In this document: positions 1-12,788 of the stretch, piece by piece
How positions within the stretch are numbered: position 1 is the first letter of the stretch
How the letters are laid out: each line of letters begins with the position of its first letter
Notes under the pieces: generated by a model
The model's input: only the letters and a program-made list of their open reading frames with translations
Database searches by the model: none
Told to the model about the DNA's origin: nothing
Assembly (NCBI GenBank): GCA_964276515.1
Contig: OZ193910.1
Coordinates: 6,324,001-6,388,000, forward strand
Direction: 5' to 3'
From: Gordius albopunctatus
Lineage: Eukaryota
Length of the DNA stretch: 64,000 bases
Made by a program: the position numbers and the translations under genes

Positions 1-2591
1 TCAGGCAAATTTGACTGAAGCAGAAAGACTTTTACTACCCCCACCCACAATCAAAATGTAGAAAGAAGGTTATCATGTTTTGTAGTTAAAATATTTAGGG
101 AATTTTTCCCTCCGAACTTTACTGCCACGATTAGAACATTCGAATAAATATAAAAATAAATAATATTAATTAATAATTTTTATTGTGGGAATGCTAAAAA
201 GAAGGAGGACGGAGTGGAATGGAACCAAAGCTCGGGAGTTAGGAAAAAGATAGAAGCTATTCTACAGTGAGTAGTCACCAATTCGTAGAAACGAAGCCTT
301 GCATTTGATTTTATAAAAAATACAATAATAAAAAAACATATAAACCGAATATGAGTATTTTTAAGATTTGTTTGGGTAATAATTTAAATTAATTGTTATG
401 TAATTATTAGACTACCCCTCGTCTGTAGAAAATATTTCTGTTCCGTCATCTATATCCAACGCCTACGTGCCCAACACTTTACCTCGCTTATTTAATTCTC
501 ATTGACTTTTAATATTTTTCCTTTAAAAATATACCTTCTTCATGTCGCCAATAAGGTAGGTAGATATTATAAATGATGATGATTCTATAATTTTTTTTGC
601 GCTCTGGGAATGTGAAGAGAATTAATAAAGGATACATTTTATATCAAAAAATATATAATATAAAATAAATATCATTGACCGATAAATCAAAATTAATAAT
701 TTGTGTTTATTAAGGAGGTATTTTTGTGGAAAAAGAGCTCGAATTTTAAGTTAGGATTGTTCGTCTAGTAGTTTACAATAACTATATAATATCAATACGT
801 ATGTAATCTAGTTTGTGTGTTCTTGAGGAGGAATAACAAAAAACCACTCTAAATAATATATATTTTTATGTTCACCCCTTCCTCCAAAATTGCACTTTGA
901 GGCTTAGCAAAACGATAAAGATCCATAGAGGTGGTACAAGGGAGTGAGTTTGTTTATTATCTCAGCATAAATAAATTTAATAAAGTGGCGCGTAAAAACA
1001 CAAAAATTGTGACGAGTAACATCAAATTTACTCGGGGATAGTGTTTATATTCACAAAAATAACTGCAGGCAATTTTGTTGGACTTTTATTTTTTCGTTGG
1101 CCATAGCTAAATTGTTGTTAAATTTAATGACCAAAACTCTCACTTATAGGTGGCAATTTTTAAAACATGACCCCGTTTTCTCACTAAATATAAAATATAT
1201 AACTTCTTTTATTAAAATTTTAAACTTTTGTGATATTAGCGTGATAAAGAATGATGGTAGGTTATATGAACTTTACTTGTAGGTTTTATTGATCAGATTA
1301 ACCCCCCCCACTCCCTCCATCTGTTCTATTGGTTGGGATAACAAAAATTCAAGGCGGCAAATATTTCCTAATCATTTATTCAACTCGCGAAACGAGAAAA
1401 ATTTTTTTCGCTTAAAATCGAAAACCTTATACTCACACCACAATTTGGCTGAGCAAATTAGTAAAAATATACCTAAAATATAATGGATTTGGCTATAAAT
1501 ACATGACGTTGAAATTTTGCGAAATGACACCGGCTAACACAACAGGTCCGTTGTTGAATTTTTAAACTAATCAAAAGTCGTTATTACTTTAAATTTCATA
1601 CGCATTAAATCATAAAAGATAAAAATCTTCTAATTAATTTTTTGCCAACCAGACCGTAAAGAATTATAGATAGCAAGGAGTTTGAATGCAACTAAGTCAT
1701 ATTTAAGTTTAAGGTCTTATATTCAGGCACAAAATTAAAATTAAGATATATTAAAAAAGTTGCATCATTCACATAATATATAAGTTTATGGAAATCTCTA
1801 GACTATTTTTTCTAATTATTTTATAACTTTTCATTAAAAATATCTTAATTACATAAAAGCTTGAATAAGTTAATTAAGAACCTGAAATTTTAAATTAATT
1901 TTAATCTATGCATGCAAATGATAAAGTTTCAATAAGCTTGATGATTAATTAACCTTTATATTAGTTTTCAAATGGACAGTTTGGTCCTAAATTGATTTTG
2001 GTTTAAAATACAAATGCAACAATTTTGTGGTGTTGAGTTTTGGAATATTTCCCAATATTGTTTCCTTATTAATAACTTAGATTAAGATGAGCAGGTCCAC
2101 ACCTTTTTGAGATGATTGCATTACTGATGTTTAGATTTAAATTATGACCCAAGAACAGTCTTATCACATCTCCATTACAGTCACTTATTTGTTTAAAAGT
2201 TTAATTCATTAGCTTCATTATAATATAAAAATCATGATATGGCATAAATCCAAGGATGCAAATTTAATAAATTATTTTTTAGGTGTATTTTCAAAATGAC
2301 TTGTTAGATTATTTATACTTTGGAAAGTACAAATTAGCTTAAATATAACCTAAAAATAAATTTAATTCAAAAATAACTTTTTATGGGTAGAAATAACTTT
2401 GCATAAAATTATGAAAATAAATACTTTATTGCAAAACTCTATAAATCTTTGCTATAATAACCTCATATAAGGGCAACGCTTTAAAAAAAGTAATAACTAA
2501 TTTAAAAAAAATTTCATACTTATAATAAGGAAAGTAATAAATGAATAGCAACAAATTATTTTAAAACTTTTAAGTATTATTATAAACTTAC

Positions 2592-2920
2592 GGGCATTCA
2601 GACAATATTTGTTCATCTGTTCTAATTTGAATGGGTGCAATATCTTCAGAATTTTCTTTAAAATTTTTGCAACACTTTGTAACTTTTTCATCAAATGAGT
2701 TGACTAAATCTTCTAAAGATAACGAAAATCTATCAAGAAAGTTATCCGATGCATTGATATTGTCATTTGAATGGTTGGCGGAATTGCAATGATAAGAACT
2801 TGTTTTGGTTCCTTTGAGATGATTGTGTAATTGATATGGTGTACCATTAAGATCTGACGAATCAAGCCATTCTTCTGATTCAAATTTTGCCAATGGGACG
2901 GTAAAACTTAATTCAGCCAT
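2592..2920 (-). CDS. unc-76: FEZ/UNC-76 family fasciculation and elongation protein, first coding exon (later exons not found in the window)
   Basis: MAELSFTVPLAKFESEEW...SLSLEDLVNSFDEKVTKCCKNF...APIQIRTDEQILSEC resembles the FEZ1/UNC-76 N-terminus; the exon ends at a GTAAGT donor at 2591. Confidence 0.85.
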
Positions 2921-4229
2921 ATGAAAAATTTAAAATTATGGAATGAATGACTTCTATTACATCGAAATATGATCCGATTACTTTAGATGGTGACAGGTAA
3001 ACTTAACAATATCTAATAGCTAGTTTTAATTAGATTTAGAACTATTTAACAATCGCAAAAAAGAATATTGATATTAGTAATAGTATAAAAATAAATGGTA
3101 TAAAAATAGCTCCAAAAAAACAATCAAGTCACAACCTTCAAAATATGATCTATGCTAATATGACTGTGGTTATAAATTATTGTATTTTCCACACAGCGGT
3201 GTATGTGGGGGGCTTTACATAGGGCACACCCATCTTTGACCCCTTAAGCAATATTTTTATCTTAATTAAGAAACAATATTATGTATATAATTATTTTTTT
3301 CTGAATAATTAATTATCATGAACATTAACTTTGAAAGATATTAAAAATGATAATCACTATCAAATAGACAAAAGATTAGCCTTCACATTTTGATATTTCA
3401 TTATTACCTTCTAAACCTATTAGAAAAATAAAAAAAATATATGAAAAGTTTAATCTTTTAAATCTACCAAAAGATATTGAGGGAAAAATTTTCAATTGCG
3501 TTTGACCCCTTCCCACTTGTGTGAAATCTAAGCTCGTCCCCCCCCCAGGCAAAAAGCCTAGCTACGCCACTGTGTTTACCCTAAATATATTGGCACCTTT
3601 TTATCTAGTTATTAGCAACTTCTTTTCTTAATACCTTAAATAATTTGCACGTTAACGCTCATCAATCAATAATCTGGGCCCGAAAGTTATCATCCATAAC
3701 ATGTTCATTCGTATTAAATATAGAAAAATGTATAAAATTTATCAGGTATATCAAAATCTATAGAGATGTTGAAATTTTCTATAGCGCTCAAAAAAGAGGT
3801 CTCTTAGGTATGTATTATTACGAGTCAAATTCAGGTTGGCTTGAGGTAGAAACAGAGTTATTAAGCAGTAATCAAGTGTCTAATGCAGGGATGTCCCCAT
3901 TGCCCCCCCCCCAAAAAACAGAAAATTTAAACTTTGTATAAAATTTTTTTTATTAGTTTACTTATATTTTCAATAACAATCGATTTTTATAACGTGCCAT
4001 GCAAATGAAAATAAAAGCAAATAAAGCTCAAATGTATAATAGTCTAAACCAAACTGGTAATGCATAAAATACTATGTAGTGACCTCACACTTAGACTACC
4101 TAATTATCTAGAAATGGGTCTTATATTTCTATTTGTAAAGTAGATCTTTTATATGGTGTATTTGGTTCTACAATCGTGGGCTTTGTTTTGATTGATTTCT
4201 TGCATATCAATTAAGTAATGGTCATGTCC

Positions 4230-4525
4230 GAATTCATCTTTTTATTTTTCCTAACTTTGCTAACTTGCCCTTTTCACCTGACTCGAGGTCCTTTTCATTC
4301 TCTCTTTCCCGGTACCCCTGTCCAGTATTTTTATATTTACTCGACTCCCTTCTTAGTATATGATATACACCGCAACCAATCTTGTTATATCAGGTATGGG
4401 ATATGTAGAATACATATTTCTGCCTTGAAACACTCATTTGTCATATGGTCGAGCTTACTCCCGAGCTCCAGAGTACTATATTCATTATTGTGGCTTCTAA
4501 TAACTTGTTTTCCATACCATTTAAT
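4230..4525 (-). mobile_element. Decayed 3' fragment of an RTE-type LINE
   Basis: Minus-strand remnants LKWYG and GKRE*KGPRVR resemble the RTE C-terminal RLxWYGH...GKRxRGRP motifs; contains stops. Confidence 0.5.
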
Positions 4526-5280
4526 AGTGTTGTGAATGAACGCGTTCAATTTGAACGCGTTTAAATTTTTTGAAAAAATTTTTTATCGGTGAACTTTAAA
4601 CGTGAACTCCTTTTTTTGATAAACGCATTCGAATTTAACGTTCTTTCAATTTTAAAAACCCTTTTTTATTTTATTTATTTAAAAAATAATGTTAATCAAA
4701 TTTTTTAACAAAAAGGTCTTATATTTTTTAATCAGCTGTTTTTCCTTTTTCCTATTACCTATTCCGAAATACTTTTAATATACCATAACGTGCAAAAGAA
4801 GATAAGATTACAGTTTATTAATTTTATATTTTTAATTATATTTTAATTTATAAAAGGATACTTGTATCTTTTGTTAAATTATAGTATCTAAAATACAATA
4901 TACTTTTAAATTTCCTACCAATTAAATAGGAAAAGATTGCAGAATAAGAACATGAAATTCTTATAACAAGAAGGAATAGTTACAATAATTAATAGAATAT
5001 TAAAGAATAAACTTTTCGTTTTGTTGAAAAAAGGGATTGAAACCCCTAGAATTGATAATGAAAGAAGAAGAACTGTCGATTTCGAGATATCGTTTTTTTG
5101 ATGAGCAAGTAGAGGGCGGATTGGAGGATAAAATCGCAATTTTTTGAAGCGAAGGACAAAACATTAGATGTTTTTTTAAATAAATTTCTTGCTTTAAAAG
5201 ATTTGTTGATTAAGTATGATACTCCAATCCCCTCAAATACCCATGTGGAGCGGGTTTTTAGAATAGCTAATTTTTTATGC
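4525..5280 (+). mobile_element. hAT transposon remnant (dimerization-domain fragment)
   Basis: Plus-strand LIKYDTPIPSNTHVERVFRIA at ~5206-5270 resembles FIKYNTPIPSSAPIERMFS of the intact transposase in this window. Confidence 0.6.
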
Positions 5281-5600
5281 AAGCTCTTTCTCGATTTAGC
5301 ACCGAGCTGAGGTATGTAAACCAGTCTACTTTTGTGTACTTAAATAGCCATCCAGCGATACGTGCTTGGAACTTTCCTCTCCAGGTATGAAGTTTTTCGA
5401 TTGTTGACTTTTAAACCATATCCAAACCGCCTTGACAACTTTTCGGTTTCTTTGAATACTTTCTCCTTTGTCTCTTCGGATCGTAATATATTATTGGCTT
5501 ATAGCATACACTAAGAATATGACTTTTTAATGTCTTTAGTTATCGTGTCCATAATTATGTTAAATAAAAAGGACTTAAAGAAGATCCTTGATGGCCAATT
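5280..5600 (-). mobile_element. RTE LINE reverse transcriptase remnant
   Basis: Minus strand gives HQGSSLSP..FNIIMDTITKDIK and KVDWFTYLSSVL; frameshifted. Confidence 0.7.
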
Positions 5601-5999
5601 GAATGCTAAAAAGTTTATACATCTGGGAACTAGGATTTAATATTCCAACGTGATTAATGGGGAGAATAATGGATATTGAGGAGGTCACAGTACGAAGAAA
5701 ATCCCATTAATGCTCATCTGCTAGCGCAGATAGCGCTAGCACGCGGCATCTTAGAGAGAGGGGGGCAGCGTGCAACCACAACATAAGCAAATAGCAACTG
5801 ATGTTAATTTTAATATTAATTGTATATATTAGTGCGCAAATAGCCAACGGTGTAAGCATTAATTGAATATCAAATTGAACGGATTAAAAGTAACCTCTTA
5901 CACCACCTTACTTTTACAGTTTTACTAGCTCATTTATATTCCTTCTCTTTATTATTTACCTTTAATAGATATTACCCCTCACAAAAATGCACATTGATA

Positions 6000-8905
6000 T
6001 GATAATTTTCATCTGATTTAAACTTTGTCTTCATGAATTCTGTTTTCTTTCGATTTACCTTGAGACCATTTTATTTTATTGCATTTACCCATCTATTTAA
6101 AGTATGAGCCAATTCTTGTTCACTTTTGGCACAGAGGATTATATCGTCCGCAAAGAACATTGCCCAAAGATCTTCTCGTCCAAATCCTTTTTAATAATAT
6201 ACATTATTATTATGAATCAGAGGGGACTAAGAGCTTAACATTGATAGACTCCATTGTTAATGGCAAAACCAGTGGCGTCGCTAGGGGGGCCAGGGGGCCC
6301 GGGCTCCCCCCCCCCCCCCCCAAGGGAAAAATCTTGGGCCCCTTCCGCCATTATTTTTTTATCTTAATTAAGAAACAAAATAAAGATTATTATTATTGTT
6401 TCTGGATAAAAGTTTTAATAGTTTTAATTATAATATTACAAATAAAAATAAAGATGCTGTATAAGACAATAAAGGGTGAAAATTGTATCAAATTGTTGAG
6501 TTGACATAATTACATAATTTCAAAATTAATATTAATTTAAAACCCGAGTTTTTAAAATTAATTTCCACTTTACTTTTATTAATTAATATGAATAGCAATA
6601 GCAAGAAGCAATTAAAGCTTAACATGTTTTTAAAGCCCTTAGCTCCAAGCAATAGGTTAAATCAAATAAGTATTTAAAAATTTTTATTATTAGGTTTATA
6701 TAAATATAATATTAGGTGAAGAAAAAAATGCAGTCCTGAAAGGTATTTACTTAGTGTTAGTGCTTTCATTCATTTATTCAAATACAAATTTATAGAAAAT
6801 GAAAAGGAGAATTATATTGACATTGGCAATGATAGCTCTTCATCCTCAACCTACAGTAATTCATTATATTAAATAATTTCAAAGCCATAAATTAGGTTAC
6901 ACTGAACGTCTTACTAATTTAATTGAAAATGGCATTCTAGAAAATTCCAATCATAAAAATAAGTATTGATTTCAAAATTGATTTATATTATCCTTTCATC
7001 GATAGAATAATAGCAGAATTAAACATAAGATTTTCGCAAATTGATTGTAATTTATATAAGTCCTTAGAAGGTTTAAACCCTTCATCCTCTTTTTTGCGAT
7101 AAATCTCTTTTATCAGAAATAATTAACCATTATGAATTAAAACTGGAACACGGCGAAATAAAAATGGCAAAAAATTTTGCAACACATTATAACTCTTTAT
7201 CTTAAAATAAAATAAAATGCAATGATATTTTTTCACTTATTAAAATCTTGCCCCCAATAGTGTTTCCAAATTTTACTATTTTGATTAAAATAATTTTAAC
7301 TATCCCAATAACTTCATGTTCATGCGAAAGATCGTTCTCATTGCTAAAACGGATTAAAAATTATTTTGGTTCCACAATTGACAAGATAGGTTATCTTCCT
7401 TAGCTTTATTGAGCTTAGAACATGACTTTATAAATGTTATTCCCCTGGATGATATTATAAATTCGTTTGCAACATCGAGTAAAAGCCGTAATGAACTACT
7501 ATTAAAATACTAATTTTAATATTTAATGAAAAATTCTTGTTTTAAACTTTTTAACACTTTCAAAATATATTAAAATATTATTAAATTTACAAAAATTCCA
7601 TCCTGGTTTCAATTTAATTGTCCATCTCATATGCTTATTGTTTAACATATCTTGCATATTTTTATGTACCACATGCACATATAAAGCCAATCATTTTCCC
7701 AAAAATTGTTTGTACACCATTTCCCCCCCCCCCTTCATTAGTGATATCCCATCATAAGTTTGATAAATTAATATTAATAACCAATTGCTGAATTTCATAC
7801 AAATGTTAACGCATCAAAACTTTCAAGGGATAAAAATCCTAAAAAAATTGATTATGTTTGTCTTTGGACGCTAAGTTGTTCTTTGCATCAAATTATGAAA
7901 TAAAATTTTGATTCATTTAATTGTGACAGAATATTTTTAAGGTTTATTTAGCCGTTAAATTTATTAGTTCATTTTAATTTTTAGGTGATGTAAGGGGGGG
8001 GGGGGTTATACAAATATATCTATAATATCAGGGGCAATAACTTCTAAATACTTATTCTTGAACGAATTTTAATTTCATAATTAATTTTTTTTTAATTTTA
8101 TGTTATAATTACGCCTTTTGAGCATCACCTTAAAAAAGGCTTTTAAATGTTCTCATTGTTCTCCTGATATAAATGCTGCCTGAAAATGCTGCCAATATTG
8201 CATATGTAAAATTAAAATTTGTTATATATATGGCCAAGATTTTTGAGGTTGTGGCAATAATTTTTATAAAAACTTTGTTATATAGTTTTTTTTAACTATT
8301 TGCATTATTTTTTAAAATGCCAACGATTTCTTGTCAATATCCCCGTTCCACTTTTACCCTTACAATTCATTTATACAAAACTTATTATACCATGTGAAAT
8401 TTTCTATCTTGCTTCAACTACATCGCTTTGTTTTATTTATGAATAAATTTTATTTATTTTATGCTCTATAAACATGAGGGGATATATTAGTGTGATGTTA
8501 ATGGAAAAAATACACAAAGTAATAGCGGAATTTTAAGTTTGTCAAACGTTCACGAGGGAAATTTTTTTTAATTGCATTTGACCCATGGTCGTATTTAGGA
8601 TTTGGATTGGGGGGGGGGCAAAACATAAATATTTTTTATTCAGGTGGGCGTAGGAAATTTTTTTGCCCCCTCCCCCCCCCCTATTTGACCAGCTTAGCCC
8701 TCCATCCCCCCCCCTAAGGCAAAAAGGCTAGCTACGCCACTGGGCAAAACCTTTTTTAGTCACCACCGTTGTTCGAACGTACGTTCTTTCCCTTGCTCTG
8801 ACGTATAATTCTGGCACATTGTTTTCTTTAAGACATCTCCAAACTAAATTCTTAGATATTTTATCAAATGCCTTTTCTAGATCGATGAAACACATGTGCG
8901 AATCT
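6000..8905 (-). mobile_element. RTE LINE RT fragment split by the hAT insertion at 6270-8742
   Basis: Reverse complement of 8751-8905 joined to 6000-6269 is collinear with 58580-58990 (gaacgtacgtt..acaacggtgg; ttgggcaatg..tttgcggacgatataatcct). Confidence 0.85.
6270..8742 (+). mobile_element. Non-autonomous hAT (Tip100-like) element with decayed transposase
   Basis: TIRs CAGTGGCGTCGCTAG / CTAGCTACGCCACTG; perfect 8-bp TSD GGCAAAAC (6262-6269, 8743-8750); internal FPNFTILIKIILTIPITSCSCERSFSLLKRIKNY at ~7260-7370. Confidence 0.9.
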
Positions 8906-8912
8906 AAACATA

Positions 8913-9240
8913 GACGGTATCATTTCAATATGTCACACGCCAAAATGTCATTGAATCTCACGATCTGAATCTCACGAACCCAATCTCACGATTTACTCAT
9001 TGCGCAAGCGCATAATTTCGATATGATTGAATTCAAATTCTCTAGAAAGCAAAAACTTATATTAATTGCTGACGAGTATGAATATACAAAAGCGAAAATA
9101 GGAAAACAAAATCAAACATACTACCGTTGTAGGGAGAAAGATTGTATAGGGAGACGGAGAGGCATAAACATTCAACAATTCCTCATTAAAAAATTCAAAA
9201 TTATAATTATTTATTACTAATCATGTAGCTTATCCCAATT
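8913..9240 (+). mobile_element. 5' end of a MULE/Mutator-like element with FLYWCH-like zinc finger remnant
   Basis: ORF 9023: FSRKQKLILIADEYEYTK...TYYRCREKDCIGR; short tandem AATCTCACGA repeats upstream. Confidence 0.6.
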
Positions 9241-9591
9241 TCGAAAAACTCAACGTAATCTATTTCGTTCTATTTTACTACATATTTTTTAAATTTATAA
9301 ATTAAGTTACTAAATCATAAAAAAAACATTTAGTAAAGAAAAAATATAATTAAGGAAAGAGAAAACACCATTGTTTTTGTATCTGAATAATCTTTTTAAA
9401 AAAATGAATATTTTACGATTTAGAATGATAAAGAGAAATATAAATATAGTGGCATCTATAATATATTTTATTTACAAAAATTATAATATTATATTCGAAG
9501 TTACAATTTTACATTAAACAATAAAGGGCATCATGTAAATTTTCACATGTAAAATCATATTAACAAATTAATCAATTGTCAATCCATGTAA

Positions 9592-10800
9592 TTATTGCCC
9601 CTTAAAAATAACGGCCTTATTCAGTTTTTGCCTAAGATTAGTTTTAAACTCTTGGTTTGAAATATTACAAAAATTATGGAGTAAAATTTTGGTATACATA
9701 TTAATTATTAACTTAACTAATAATTGTAAATGATTTAATGAACCTAATTCCTGATCAACGATATGATTAACTAATGATGAAAATATATTAGAGCCAATTA
9801 ATGAATGAAAAACTTTTATTTCAATTAAAAATAGTATTTTTTTAGAAAAAATTTGGTTTGTTTGTTTAAAAAGCCTAAATATACTTTCAGTATTTTTACA
9901 AACCTTAATTACATCAGGGGACGGGACAACCAACCCACCTTTGTTTTTTATATTAATTAATAAATAATCTAAAAATAAAGAGGATTGACAATTAATTAAT
10001 GAATTAATACAGATCTTACATGTTACTTTTTACGTTCAATCATTTGCCTAACAATGTAACCTCCAATATAAGTTGTTACACAATTAATGTAAGGTGAAAT
10101 GTTTATAATGTTAATATCATAGTTGTTCATGTCTTCTTCATCATTGTATTCTTCATTTAGCTGACAGAAACTTGCATCGGCAATGCGAGTATAATCCTGG
10201 GGAGAACAATTACCAGAGTAGGAAAAGCCTAAAATATAAATATTAAGGTAAAAAATAGGGTTTCAAACAATTTTATACAAAGTTTAAACATAAAATTTGC
10301 CAAGTTGTATTACCTGGCTTTATGTTTTCATTAAGGCACCACTTCCTAATTGTGCTTGCAAAATATAGTTCTCATGTATTTGTAAGCTTTGGGTGAGTAA
10401 TAAAAAAGGGTTATAGCAAACTGTTTCATTTCATCAGGATAGGCCTTGTTGAAGGGATTATTTATACCACCAGAGCTTAAATGTGTCTTTAGTATAGAAG
10501 TGAGAGGGGTATCACGAAAATAATTTTTGATAATATCACCCCCCTCTCCTGGAATTAGTGCTTTGTTGTCAAGATGACGAGCACATTTTTTTAGTGTTTT
10601 AATTTTCTTAGTTTGATAGTATACTTTATTTCTTAAATTTTTAACAGTTTTTTATATTGTTTTAATATCCTGTCTTTTCTCTTTCCTATGTCTAAAGCTG
10701 GTAACCTCTTACTATATGTATGATCATTATTTACTTAAAAAATTAATAAAGTATAAGAATTATAAATAAAAAGGTACTTGGATTTGGACTTTTTAAAGAA
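9592..10800 (-). mobile_element. P-element/THAP9-like transposase remnant
   Basis: KNKGGLVVPSPDVIKVCKNTESIFR...H..LLVKLII..Y....LH...LRQKLNKAVIFKGQ resembles the THAP9/P-transposase C-terminus; upstream region is broken. Confidence 0.75.
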
Positions 10801-10938
10801 GTTAACCTGGGGGACACGACAATTGACTAATTAAATAAATAAATGTTATATATATAAACTTATATTTATGAAAATGTAAGGGTAGAGGTAACAAGGCTAA
10901 AATAGATTTTTATTCATTCTAAACAAATCATAGATAAA

Positions 10939-11290
10939 CCTGATGTGAGGGAATATTGACATTTGTAGCATCTTTTTTGATTAAAGAAGTTTGTTTGGGC
11001 TAGAAAAAAATTAACAAATATATGTATTATTTTAAAATTATTCAAATATTAATTTAAAATAAAACTTAATATAAATTTATGATATAATCATGATACCTGA
11101 TGTGAGGGAATATTGACATTTGTAATATCTTTCAGAATTAAAGAAGTTTGTTTGGGCTAGAAAAAAATTAACAAATATATGTATTATTTTGAAATTATTC
11201 AAATATTAATTTAAAATAAAACTTAATATAAATTTAGGATATAATCATGATACCTGATGTGAGGGAATATTGACATTTGTAATATCTTTG
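10939..11290. repeat. Tandem repeat, unit ~157 bp, ~2.3 copies
   Basis: CCTGATGTGAGGGAATATTGACATTTGT recurs at ~10939, ~11096 and ~11253 with near-identical sequence between. Confidence 0.9.
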
Positions 11291-11329
11291 AGAAGAGAGA
11301 AATATTGATGGGCTAAAGTAATGGCGGCC

Positions 11330-12490
11330 TGAGTTGCTAAATAAATTTCAATGCAAAGATCAGCTGTTCGGCAGTCTATAGTTGTATTAGTCTATGATTA
11401 AAGGCATGCAGGTATAGTAAGAATGAAGGAGCTCGCTTAGACTATATGTCTTGTGGCCCAAGATTACAAGGGACGTTGAAATCTATGTTCGGCAAGGTGC
11501 TATGTGTAAATTAAAGGCAGCCATGCCAAGTAGGGATAAAAAGGCTCGAGATGGTCCCTGGAGTAGAATTCATGTTGATTTTTTTGAATTTAATAAAAAG
11601 AGGTATATATTAGTGGTAGATGCATATTTAGGTTGGACTGAATTTTAACTAATACACAATATATCTACAAAGGTTACTGTAATGTTTTTAAAAGAATTAA
11701 TTGTCTCATACGGTTTTTCGAAATTTATAGTAACCGATAACGGAAAAGCATTTACAAGTGTCGATTTTGAAGATTTTTGTAATAATTGGAAAATAACTCA
11801 CTTTTTAACGCCGCAGTATCATCCTAGTTCTAATGGAGGTTGAGAGGTATGTAGCAATTGTTAAAAAATGGTTGGAACTGGCACAGACTAATAAAGTTGG
11901 TACGTGGTTATGTCGATTATACCATAACATGACGCCTAGATTTAGACGTTTGCCAATTGGTGTTGAATTTTTCGGTAATAATTTACGTTTTCCGTCTGAT
12001 TTTTTGCTTGATATCAACTTTAAACATCATTTAACAGGCAAGACCAAATATAATGTTAATGATCTTGTTTGGTCGAAAAATTATTTAGGTAATCCTAGGT
12101 GGGAGTTATCTAGGGTAATTGACCATGTAGGTAGTAATATTTACAAAGTTAAGTCATTAGAGATTAAGAAGATAGAAACTAGGCATTTTGAACAACTATT
12201 AAGTTATTCTGCCTAATGGTGATGTTGCTCTGCCCCCTCACACGCACTGTGTATCCTACTCTACTCATGAGGCTGTTGATGTACTAGATTAAAATGCTCG
12301 AGAGGCGAAGGGATAGTAGAGAAAGTAACTCATGTATAGAGCTGTGTGCATGAGCAGCATTAAAAGTTAACTAACCGATTTAATATGAGCAAATCCTATG
12401 AGCAAGCAGTTTATCTAAACTGCTCATAGCATCTCATCTATTATAATAATTAAAGCGTGTCATGCAATTAAGCGTGCTTTGTTTTAACAC
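11330..12490 (+). mobile_element. Gypsy/Ty3 LTR retrotransposon integrase remnant with possible 3' LTR
   Basis: HAGIVRMKELA, WPKITRDVE, PWSRIHVDFF, YILVVDAY, IVTDNGKAFTS, TPQYHPSSNG, ERYV; several stops and frameshifts. Confidence 0.9.
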
Positions 12491-12528
12491 AGTATATTCT
12501 GTTGTTCAACAATAATTATGGCTATTTG

Positions 12529-12788
12529 AATAGGCATAAGTAGGATTTCCTCAAGGGGGGGGGGAGGTTAAAAATATTTTAAGATCAAATTGTTTTGTAA
12601 CTATTTTTTTTTTGATCTATGTTTTGTTTCCTAAATGTTTAAAGTGACATTTGCGTAAAAATAATAAAATACTAAAAGTAAAATTCCAACAAATATTTTT
12701 TTTTATAAATATACAATGTAAAAATTATATAAATTGAACATCATGGGAGGGGTTCTAACCAGAAAACCACCCCCTCTCTACGCCAATG
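12529..12788. mobile_element. hAT-type MITE
   Basis: 8-bp TSD GCTATTTG at 12521-12528 and 12789-12796; degenerate TIRs; internal G/C runs. Confidence 0.75.

Noticed and set aside
2040..2200. Possible intronic snoRNA or second FEZ exon
   Set aside because: No convincing C/D or H/ACA arrangement on the host strand and no FEZ-like translation
5690..5905. Solo LTR (also ~13620-13795)
   Set aside because: Composition is suggestive, but I could not establish TG..CA ends with a TSD
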